A stretch of DNA of 61,996 bases, counting the filler, from Choristocarpus tenellus KU-1152 (Eukaryota > Protista > Phaeophyceae): assembly GCA_964200185.2 (NCBI GenBank). It is 11 parts of 11 records of this genome, joined end to end, with 100 filler letters (N's around TTAATTAATTAA, not from the genome) between each part and the next. Parts side by side here need not be neighbours in the genome. Positions count along the whole stretch, not along the records: positions 46,817 to 50,873 come from CAXNAD020016447.1; positions 50,974 to 53,602 come from CAXNAD020026132.1; positions 53,703 to 57,882 come from CAXNAD020015820.1; positions 57,983 to 61,996 come from CAXNAD020016665.1; 7 more parts are not named here. The stretch is one strand, 5' to 3'. Positions 47,301-58,066 of this stretch are shown one piece after another; position 1 is the first letter of the stretch; every line of letters starts with the position of its first letter. The translations under genes and the position numbers were made by a program. Below the pieces are notes generated by a model. The model searched no databases, was not told the origin of the DNA, and saw only the letters and a program-made list of their open reading frames with translations.

Positions 47301-49381
47301 ATGGGAAAGAGATGTTTCCTCGGTTGAGGTCACGTTTCTTGCCCTGCGGGATGCGCCGAGGATCGTTTAATCTTCGGTCCGGTTCATTTCGAATCATGGA
47401 GAGGTTTTTCCGTTCTGAAATACCATACCTCCCCTCTGCCATAGGATACACCTCACCTCTTTCTTTGCACATGGTTTTGATCCGAAATATCTGTTGGTTG
47501 AATGGAATCGAGCGAGCCCCTCGAACTATGGCACAGCCGATTTGCCAACGGACCTAACGGACTTGTTGGCTCTCGATGGATCTCATTGGTTTGAAAATGT
47601 TGAACCAAGTCATATACTTCTGAGAACCTGTTGCTGAACCCATATCTTGCTCCCACAGTTTTGTAAGTGTGATGCTGCTGAGTCAGACGCCCGTCCTGGT
47701 ACGTGTGAGGCCGTGCGGGTTTGAGCGTTGTGGGTATAATTGCAGACCAAGTTGGACACAAGCGCTGAGCACCAAGCCATCAATACACCCTCCGTGTCAC
47801 GCACTTTGCAGGATGGGAGGTGGACAGATTCTGGGCCTGGCTCTCCTTGCAACGAGAGCAGCAGTCGCAGTGCTTGCAGCTCACACACCCCTGCTATGAG
47901 AGACTGTGTTACAACAAGACAGAAGGTTGGGGGTTGTAGTGGGGGAATGGGTGTGGCATGCTATTAACACTAGCCTTGATGCGGTAGGGCCGAGTGTAGG
48001 AGCAATTGAAAAATGCAATGTATGCGGAGTAGATCACAGTTGATCATCTGACCCCTCTCCAGGAGTTTAAATGCGTGATACCTGCCATACCAACCACAGA
48101 TATCTATCAACAGATTGGCATGAGAATATTGCCTTCCATGGAGAAGGCGTTTCTGTTTGATTACAAATCACAAACACAAGATTTTGTTTCTAGAAGGCGA
48201 TATCCAAGGAAATCGTACGATTACGGAGACAAATGAACATTGTTGGCTCCCCCCCCGCCCTTTCCCTGTCTTGCATCGCTCAAGGTGCGTCATGCTGAGT
48301 CTTTTACTATTCCTTCTATGACCCTGTTAGCTGATCATCTTGGGGCAGAGAAGACGAATAATGATAGGTTACGGTGAGTACTGGTGAAGAAGGTTTTGAC
48401 CCCTCATCCCTTCTCTCTCTTGTACACCCCATCAGGCGTTGTGGCCTCATGTTGTATTTTACCGCCCTTGCAGGTTTGATTTTGTATATTCCTTGTAGTG
48501 GCTAATAATTGGAATGCACCTGTACTCATCTACGCTTTTGTGACATATTATTATTGTTTTGTGTGTGTGCAGCACAAGTTGGGGGAGGGTCTGTATCACC
48601 AATGTCAACATGTAAGGAAGGACAATTCTGGAGAGGGATTGAATGGCAACCTCCCATGACCATCCCCCACATTTCCTTTGCGGGTCCCACCCCACCTCCC
48701 CCCTCCCTCTAGATGTTCACATCGATGGATCTTCCACCGAGTTGACACACTGCCATGTGGAGTGGCACATGATAGAACCGCCACAAGGAGATTGGAAAAT
48801 AGCCCTCCTGATCTTTGACCAAAGGAGGTCAAGGTCAAACCTCATCTTTTTTTTCGATCGGGACATCAGTCATTGTCACTGCTTCTCATATTCTTGAACA
48901 ATGCAATCCAACCCAACCTTCAATGTGATATGTGTCTGTCATCTTGTACTTTTTTACATATGTGACGAGAAGGTCAAACCCATGAGAGAGGAGAAACGAG
49001 ACCCGGACGTTGAGAAAGTAGCAGTACTTTCGCCACTTTAGGCTAAGTACTGATAGTGATAAGAGATACAGTGTGTTCACATGGGATGTACTCCCAGTTT
49101 ATTTTGGTGAAGGTGTCATGTTGCCCTCTGCATTGAGCCTTTGTGAATGTGATGGCATTAGGGGATGTGCCTACAAGTGCCAGAGGTGCATAACATTGGT
49201 AGTAGGTCAAGAAGTGAATCAATCACACCATAGCAGTATCAGTTCAGTGGTTAATATAGGGGGATTGGTTTATGATTTGTTGATGGGAGGAAGAAAGCTT
49301 ATAGGTAGGACATCACTCACTTGCCAACAAATATAGATGTCTCACTGTTGGCTTTATCACTGTTGTACTTGTGTCGTGCAG

Positions 49382-50705
49382 GGCGATGGGCACTGAATCA
49401 AGTGAGGTTGAAGCAACTGAGGGTGGATCAAGCGAAGGTGAAGAACGCGATATCGGACAGCTGAAGCTTAATATCATTACACTGAGTAACCAAGTCAAGG
49501 TTTGTTCTAGTAGATAAGGTTGTGATTAGATTGGGGGTGGCGGGGCTTGCAGAAGTGGATGGTATGATGTGCATCTCATTTGGTTGGTAAGGTTATGTTT
49601 TATGATTATTTTTCATTCTTCCCGGAGGCTGGGAGGTTGGGAAGCCCTAAGCCATTTCGAATGCTAAAAGAATCGATGTTGACAAATACTCAACGTGCTG
49701 TTGACCACATGCCCAACCCCAGCTATGCTGCTCTGCTGTGAATCCCAATGGCGTTTGGCTGATCATATCCGGTGCCGTCCATGCCAAATCATACCGACTC
49801 TCTGTGGATTGTGCATTGAACTTGCAGGAGTCTGAGCATGAGAGGAGGCTTGCAGAGGGCAGGGTACTTGGATTGAGTTTGGAGCTAGAAGGGGCATATA
49901 GGGTGAGGATTGCGAGTCTCTGTGATGAGCTGAAAAAACAAATGGCCTAGATGAATGGTGGGGGAAAACAGGTTGTGCAACACCTGTTGATGGACGTTAT
50001 ATTCTGAGGAGAGAGGACGGGCGGTTGGGAGTTGTGCGTGTGTTTGATATGCTGACATTCTAGCATTGATGGCACACCCATTTAAATGAGGGTGCATGAT
50101 GTGCTGCTAGTGTGTGATACTGATATCCTATTTTATGCTAACCTTCACTGCCACCCTGCCTCCCATATTCAACCTGAATCAAGTCCCCACCAAGATAGTG
50201 AGGTACAGAGATTGAGAAGGAAAAGCATCTCCATTCCACATTGAACTAATAGGATGCCTATACACCTCAACCTCCTCTACCCCCTGGATTTCACTATTAA
50301 TGCTGTCCGTATGCGTTATTCTTGGAACGACTTCATACCGCATGCAATCAAGACCACGACACTTAAACTTCGACTGTCACAGAACCGTGAATAGAAGCTC
50401 ATTGAGGGGACAGCGGTGGAGAAGTTGAAGAGGGAGGTGGAGGAGATGCACCCGGACGTGCGCCATTGGAAGAGAGTGTGGCTGATGATCTCAAGCGGCA
50501 GATTGGGGCCCAGGAAGAAGATGTCAGTGCAAATGCAGACTCTTTAGCTGCAAAGTGGGTGAGGCGTGTCCAGGAGATGGCATTGGCGGCTAGGAGGATG
50601 GCGTCCGAGCTATGCAACCTGAAGAGGGTGCTAAATGGGAAACATGGTGAGGAAGAAGAGCCAAGCCGTGGCAAACAGTGCGCAGATGATGAGGTGGCCG
50701 TTTGA
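49382..50705 (+). pseudogene. Spliced coiled-coil protein remnant (three exon-like blocks)
   Basis: AG/GT-bounded blocks at 49382-49499 (…DIGQLKLNIITLSNQVK) and 49828-49902 (ESEHERRLAEGRVLGLSLELEGAYR), then ~50383-50705 with an in-frame TAG and a frameshift. Confidence 0.55.
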
Positions 50706-50856
50706 AGAGAGCACATAATGTCCACCTCTCTCCAACAGGCCACCTCATCATCTGCGCACTCTTTGCCACGGCTTGGCTCTTCTTCCTCACGATGTTTCCC
50801 ATTTAGCACCCTCTTCAGGTTGCATAGCTCGGACGCCATCCTCCTAGCCGCCAATG
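50581..50856. repeat. Near-perfect hairpin (119-bp arms) made from coding-like sequence
   Basis: 50581-50699 versus reverse complement of 50738-50856. I see two mismatches. Confidence 0.93.
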
Positions 50857-50873
50857 AGCCAAAGTATCATAGA
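50856..50873. mobile_element. MITE family A terminus at contig end
   Basis: GAGCCAAAGTATCATAGA immediately before gap. Confidence 0.7.
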
Positions 50874-50973
50874 NNNNNNNNNNNNNNNNNNNNNNNNNNN
50901 NNNNNNNNNNNNNNNNNTTAATTAATTAANNNNNNNNNNNNNNNNNNNNNNNNNNNNNNNNNNNNNNNNNNNN

Positions 50974-51337
50974 CTGTCAACGCATCCAAACAGTGGGTAT
51001 ATCGGCAATGAACGATGAAACACCTCCGCCAGTCCCGGTAGTCCGAGTCGTCCAATAGTTTCGGTGGTTGGGTTCTCGATCTCTTTGTCGTGGGGCGAAC
51101 AATATGTGCGCCTGTCCCCAAGCTCTCCGAAGAACCGGACCTCCGACTTGCTCCACTTCTGATGCTCCCAGCATCCAAACTGTTTCCCCTCTCTGGGAAA
51201 TTTTCCCTCAACATGGGTTCCATAGGACCCACTTCGACTGGTATGCGTGATGAGAGGATACTTTTGATGACATCATTTGAACGTAGCATCAGGGTATGAT
51301 GTTCATTTGAGGCGTGTAATGAAGGAGGAGAATTCAT
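50974..51337 (-). mobile_element. Probable copia-type gag N-terminus, truncated by contig end
   Basis: ORF ends in PPKLLDDSDYRDWRRCFIVHCRYTHCLDAL, resembling the PxLxxxNYxxWxxxF/M motif of copia gag. Confidence 0.5.
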
Positions 51338-51418
51338 GAGGGAAGGAGGAACGGATTTCGTACGCTGTGTTGTTATGTTAAGAGAAATGGGGTTCCTAGC
51401 AAGTTGTACTTGTTAAGT

Positions 51419-51683
51419 GAGTCGAAGTAAACGATATGTACCCAGAGTTGCATCTTAAGAATACCGTCTAATAGGTGGAAAATACTGCTTTTTGTACATA
51501 TGCGTAAAAAGGAATATTTTTCGAATTGTGTCGAAAAGTTGCAAACAATAGAGAAGTCAACCCTCTCTAAAGTCAAATATAGCGCTTCATCCATAGAAAT
51601 GTGTGGAAATTGCAATAGATTGAAAAAATGAGCAAAAATATTAAAACGACCACAAACTGGGTACCTCTCTTCTACTTTGCCTC
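51419..51683. mobile_element. MITE family D, full length
   Basis: GAGTCGAAGTAAACGATATGTACCCAG...CTGGGTACCTCTCTTCTACTTTGCCTC, 3-bp TSD AGT. Interior matches 18219-18479 (inverted) and ~17180-17410. Confidence 0.8.
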
Positions 51684-53702
51684 AGTAGGATTTGCGATGA
51701 CAGTGGGATATTGTGGTTCTGGTCTCTGGACAATGTAGATTTATGGGAGGAGACATAGATTTTGTACCTAAATCAGAATGTAATGTGGAAGGTGTTGCTG
51801 AAATCATCAGGGTAAGATTGGCGGTGTTGTTACAATGTGCGGGGTGGTTACTTAGTTCACCGTGAGGTGGGTAGATATCGTTCGCTTGAATCGATCCTCG
51901 AAACGTTTGTGGAAAATATGTTACTGTTATGTTTTGTTTTAAAGTTAATTCGTTATAGAACAAACAGTGATATTGTTTTATTGCGTGGTAAAGTCTCCGC
52001 AGACCATTAAAATACACTGATTTTCATCCTCACATATCTTGAGTTTTTATGGTTAAGGAAGTATTTCAGCATGTGTGGTTCATCATCATTCATTCTCTAC
52101 TCAACACTAGTGTAGTTCACCTGCACATACCAGATGAACATTTGCCAAGCTCTTATCACCAGCCTTTTCCTCTAGACAAACACGTACAACCAACCATGCA
52201 CATACACTTAAAACTGTTGGAAATAGTTTTTTCCCCTTCTTTTCCTTCCTACACCGTTTAGCGGTATATCCATCCACAGGATCCTTCCTTCTACACTTGA
52301 CATAATATTAAAGGTTAATTTAGTTTGGGCTATGAATATAGGGTGTTAGGCATCACGTTTACAACTTCGTTAAAAAATATATGGCCAAATTCCATCCCCC
52401 TCTTAAGATACTTTGGCTTTGTTTTCAGCATGATAATTTCCCCCTCACGGTGCGAGGGGGTGAGATTTGTAGATGATCATCCCAACACCAAACTCGTGTT
52501 CTATTGCATTTCCACAATGTATGCCCATTTGTTGAAGTATGCATGCCATCGATTATTATGTACATCTAAAAGTATATGTTGAGCATGTAATTTATGTCCC
52601 CATTTATTTTCAACAGCATGATTTCATAACTAGCACTGCACCAGGAGCATCATTTGCCACTACTACTGCTTGAGTATAAGATGCAGAAAGGATATCTTAC
52701 AATCACCCTCCTCCGACTTGTAAGTATGAATGAAATGCTCAACTTTCGTAACTGAACTGTCACAAACATTATGAACTCCAACTGTAGACCAGAACATACT
52801 CTATAATCATTACTATACTACTGAAAATATTTTGTTGTACGTAATGCATATCTAAAAAAATGAAAAACGTGACATCAAAATCCTCCCTACAACCGCTATT
52901 TCCGCTGGCAAAGGCAACGTCAATCATGCGATGTCAACATATTATTTCACGGTTACAAATACCATTATAATATATATGGTTGTATACATTTTCAAGGTCA
53001 GAAACAGACTAAACAACAGCGCAAGTGTAACCATGTAAGACTCTAATATGGAAAAAATTTCGAGTTGCATAAATTCCTTACATTCAACACTACTTCGTCT
53101 TTGTTTTGGGTCTGGTAAAAATTCCGACAACGAAGTGAATCAAATTGTTCGCCGCAACTCTTTTCATTATTCGGACGGACTAGGGAGGTGCTTTCCACGG
53201 TTAGGCTTAGGCTTAGGCTTAGAGTTAATACAACTCTGTCGTCCATCTGATTCATCAAAAAAGCTGCAGCAAACGATCCAATCCACTCTGATATCAGAAG
53301 TATTACCAGCTCCCCTCTGTTTTTCCCACACTCTGACACATCTCCAAAACGTCAAAGGCTAAAATAATATATTTATATAACCGGCACCCCACTGTGCTAT
53401 ATGAGTTTGTCTGCTTAGCTTAGGTGGATATCCGTCCACACCCTGTTATGGGAGAGCCCAGGTTCCTACCTTGGTTAAACGTGATTCTCACAAAGAGAGT
53501 GCGGCGAAAAATGTTCTTGTAGGTATAACTGTTACAGGCGAATAGCGCGAGTATTTCTTCCCGCGGCTTAACCGGCGCGAGCAGTGTACGCGCGTGGGGA
53601 ACNNNNNNNNNNNNNNNNNNNNNNNNNNNNNNNNNNNNNNNNNNNNTTAATTAATTAANNNNNNNNNNNNNNNNNNNNNNNNNNNNNNNNNNNNNNNNNN
53701 NN

Positions 53703-53866
53703 GGGGGGGGTGGCGGCTGTCCATTTGGGGCCAATTTTTCCATGTCGCGATTTTTGGGTGATTTGGTTCCATACGTTGAATGGATAATGGAAGTGTACTT
53801 TTCCTGGTTTTGTCCCAAATGGACACCCTGGTGTAAACTCCCTCCCCCCCCCAGATACTTTGGGCC
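53703..53866. mobile_element. MITE family B, near-complete, opposite orientation
   Basis: Reverse complement of the family B body, ending CCCCAGATACTTTGGGCC. Confidence 0.92.
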
Positions 53867-54921
53867 ACATATACGTGCATTTGGGATTATGGTGGCATAT
53901 GGGTAACGATGCCGATTTATGTGAACAAGTGTTGTCAGTTGTTACTACTGTTGTTTGGTTGGTGTCTGGTTTTGTTGCCATGTCGTCTTTGGCACAGTTG
54001 ACAGTAGTGGTTTGGCATTGTGCCTCTCTTCGACATTGTACTAGTACTGCTAGTTGTGCCTTCACTGGTTCTTGTTCTCCATTATTTTTCTAAACCAATG
54101 ACAACAGCAGCGTTGCTATTACAGATATTGCTCATACTCAATACACAATATTATAACAGTTGATATTTTAAAAGCTACCATTGGCAATAGTACCACAGAA
54201 AGAAGACAATAGTGAAGATAATCAACTACAGAAAATTTGGATTAACACCGTTGACACCTACGACAACAGCGCTAGAAGAAGGGGCAGAGAAGCAAAAGTG
54301 GAAGTGCAGGTGGTGCATATCACAATGTGCGTGCAGCGCTGTCAATGTATTTGGTGGTGGTAGTTGTGGTAGCGTTTTTAATACTGGTAGCAAGTAGTAG
54401 TAACAGTATAAATTACAGAATATTTGGAATTCAGAGTCACTCATTGAAATCAAGAGTGGCACTTCTTTGAAGGTTTATTATTTGAGACCATTCCGTTCGT
54501 GAGAGGGAATAAATTATGTACTTTCTCATGCATAGTGTACTTTGCTACTGTTGAAAACCTTGAAATGAGACCAGTATAGTGCTGTGTAGTGAGCATACGC
54601 TCTCTGTTGTCATTTTAAGGCCGATAAAGAACACAATAATGGAATTGTCCTACTATATCTGCCCGTCCCACTTTGTGTTGTTGCGGTGACAGGTATAGTG
54701 GTACCAGTAGCTTACGCGTCTGAGGTTGTTCCGTCATAACTTTTGAGGTAGACATCGGATAAAAAAAATAAAAGAATATTCGTGATGCCCCCCACAATGC
54801 CCCCTAGAGCACGGGGGCTTCGTTTTGTTTTATCCATTTTTTCTATTCTTGAAGAAAGATCGGTTATATTGGAGTTCGAACCCCGGATTGTGGGTCACCA
54901 AGAGTGGCAACAGATATACTA

Positions 54922-55320
54922 TTACTTGATTAATGTATAGGGTTTAGAAGGGGGAAAAGCCTCCCCACCCATTGTTCCTGTGTGTTCACGCACCCACTCT
55001 TTGACCTCGGTAACGATGTCCTCGTCGAGGCCCAGAACGAAATGCCTCTCATCGCGCCCTTGTTCCGACACCTTGATGTTGCCCTTAGTTAGGAAGCCTC
55101 TCTTCCACTCACTCACAGTTTCCGACCTGACCATCGCATATCCTGCTGTCATCTCGAGCGCCGTTTGACGGTCTTTCCCGTCGCCCATACACAGGTACAG
55201 GATTCTCAGTGTTAGAGCCTTTACTATCACATTTCCTCGTTGAGCCCCGGAAATGGGTTACCTTCTTTCGGGCTTCAGAGCCCTTGTAGCCCAACCCCAA
55301 TACCTTCTTTCTCGTTTCCT
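54922..55320 (-). mobile_element. N-terminal fragment of a second, divergent transposase of the same family as 4857-7500
   Basis: IVKALTLRILYLCMGDGKDRQTALE...KGNI...FVLGLDEDI aligns by eye with LIKAQTLRIYYMMLLGAHSREAAKE...KGEF...WILHEEDI at ~7040-7230. Confidence 0.6.
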
Positions 55321-55336
55321 AAGCCACTCTGGCTCA

Positions 55337-55606
55337 GATTCAAAGTATCTTAGAGGGTAGAGCCGCGTCCATTTGGGAGTCAAAATACGATGTTGCGATT
55401 TTGATGTAATTTTGGCTATTGTGTTTGCTAGAAAATGTCAATATCCTGGTTCCAGACATACACATGATGCCTACTCCAAAACGTATACATTTTCCCTACT
55501 CCGAAACATGTCAGAGTAGGGAAATGTCATGAAAAAAAAACGAGGAGAGCCAAGCCCCAAGTGGGCAAACAGGGTAGAACTCGTACTCTCTAAGATACTT
55601 TCACTC
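55337..55606. mobile_element. MITE family A, full length
   Basis: Terminal inverted repeats present, flanks share 3 bp (TCA). Confidence 0.92.
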
Positions 55607-57813
55607 TCACATAGCTTCCAAATAGCTAGGGCCTGCTGAAAATTTCGATTACTAAGATATTCTACACCCAGGTTTTCGCTTAGGCGTTTCCTGAGCGCAA
55701 TGGCATGCAGTCGTACTACTCTCCTCCTAAACCTTCCCTTCGGCCGGTCACTCTGGTTCTACCTTTGCCCGCCGTGACCAGGCTTTCCCACAGACTTCGT
55801 CACTGTACCACACCTGGTGATGGACTTGATGCTCTCTTCCTGCTTTCCCGAGGCGGCAGAGACTGCAGAGTAGTGCTCCAACGTGGTTGAAGATCCAACC
55901 ACCTTTGTGTGGTAATGCTTTCCAAATGCATCTTCTCTCAGCATCAGTGTCGCGGCAGCATGGCCCATTGTTTGATGTGATCATACTGCTGCGCCAAAGT
56001 ACACGCACTTTCTCATCGCCTAACATCGCACCAAATGTCACACAGTACTTGTTTTTTTGTCGCCTCTTGACAGAGAAGGTACCGAGGGTAGATCGAGGGG
56101 GCAGAGTGGGCTCGACGGCTCTCCTTTTCTCACCGTTGTGGCCCATATTGCTGTGGGGTCACCTGTTTGTGTTTTCACAGAAAGTCTGCAAAAGGCGTTA
56201 AAAAGATGTCCGAGATTCTTGCTTTTTTTTGGCATGACCACACGCACCCTACCGTGAAAGGGGCCTTTACCAGACCATTTTTTTCCAGGGAATTCAGTCA
56301 ACCACTTCATTTTTGTATCTTTTGAGGTTGTAATCGTCAAAATTGCTCCGGAGGTATTCCCCCGCGTTTTTGTCGTTCTTTGACAGGGATATAGTTCCCG
56401 TTTGCTGGAGTTAGTACATTCCTGGATACAAATCTTCAACCCCTCTTGGCATAAGCGTTCATTTTATATCTATATTGTTGCATACCTCTGGTGGCAAGAC
56501 AGTGAAAAAAAGCCACAGACCTCGAAGCTATTGGTATCACTTTACGACTACCCTTTGATATTATATTATTATGCCTTCTGACATTTTCCAGGTGTGTGAG
56601 GGGGGAAACAAATGAAAACTATACATATATGTCAGTATAACCCCTAAAGAAATAAAATATCTTTAATGAGAAAAATACTATAAAGACACTATACGTGTGA
56701 AAAACACTAATTAATTACTTCGCCATCAACACTGTACTACTGCCTGTGCTTCCAATCTACCTACTCCTGCGCCCCACGGCAGGGTCACTTAGATCTATTA
56801 TCTTCCTGACTAGCAAATCTGCTTTTAACGCATCCCACTTTTTGACCTCACTCCACCCCTGCGTTCTTCTTTTCTTTTTAAGAACATTAAACATTCGATC
56901 AACCACTGTGAATTCTAAGAATAATAATAGTTGCTCCACCGAAATTGGTTCCACCACCTACATGACTAAATAATTAAAAAAATTAACTGCTTTTCCTTCT
57001 TCCACAAAAATACTTCGCAATGGTCCACAAGAAAATTCTGCGCCAATGAGTTTACAAGTACAGGAGGAAGAACGTCATCATCGTGTATTTGTTGTGAAGT
57101 TAGTAGAAGATAAATAATAATATTATATTTATATTAGATTACGCTTATTCTAGTTAAGCTTATCTTTCGTTTCGATACGAGAGGAATATACGATCTTTGT
57201 TTTTTCCTACAATACTGTATTTCTTACTACAATTACTGAACACTTTTGCGTTCAAAGCCATCTTTTCTTACCCTTCTTAACACACACTATTTAATTGCTT
57301 TATGTTGACAATAGTATACTCAAAATCAATATTCCCCCTCTCCAAATTCAAAGTAAGACCATAATTCGACAAAGGGCCTTTTTCTGTAATGGTATAAAGT
57401 TGATATTTTCGTCGTTTTCTTGGGATCATTAAAATACAACCCTACCTGCCTCTCAGTTGAGTTGGATCTTTTGCAGTGGAAAACACTATCTCCGTCCCAA
57501 AGGGAACTTGAGAGCCCTTTCCCACAATATCCTCCCCCCCCTCCCCCCCCTCTCCCCCCTCTCCCCCCTATTTTGTGGGCACCTAATTCAGTCAAGAAAA
57601 TTTCTGTTTGGTTTCTAAGGCACCTAAACTTTCCACCGCGAAGGTGTCGAGATTAAAAGTATGAGGATCAAAAGATCCCTCACGGTGGGTGCGCTTTCGC
57701 TTCTCGCCTGGAGTATGTATATATGTATTACTCTGCCCACTGACATTTTGCGGATGTGTCAAGGAAAACCAACCTACATTAAAAGGACTACTGCAATTAC
57801 ATCAGTACAGTAA

Positions 57814-58066
57814 GGGTCAAAGTATCTGGGAGGGGGGTGTCGGCGTCCGCTTTTCACACTTTTTTCGGTTTTCACTTTTTTGNNNNNNNNNNNNNNNNNN
57901 NNNNNNNNNNNNNNNNNNNNNNNNNNTTAATTAATTAANNNNNNNNNNNNNNNNNNNNNNNNNNNNNNNNNNNNNNNNNNNNCGGATTTGAAATGTCCGC
58001 AAAAAAACGTTGTTTGACCGAAACGGACTCCCCCTCACAGCCCCCCCCCCCCAAATACTTTGACCC
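57814..58066. mobile_element. MITE family C ends on both sides of a gap (57814-57882 and 57983-58066)
   Basis: GGGTCAAAGTATCTGGG... and ...CCCCAAATACTTTGACCC, with interior unlike A or B. No matching TSD, so possibly two copies. Confidence 0.7.

Noticed and set aside
53201-53222. (TTAGGC)3.5 telomere-like repeat
   Set aside because: Too short and internal; a chance microsatellite.
54868-54890. GGTTCGAACTCC B-box-like motif on the minus strand (tRNA or SINE)
   Set aside because: No A-box or cloverleaf is recognisable.
4692-55606. CRISPR-like reading of the repeated AAAGTATCT motif
   Set aside because: Copies are dispersed inverted termini with TSDs, not a direct repeat-spacer array, and no cas genes are visible.
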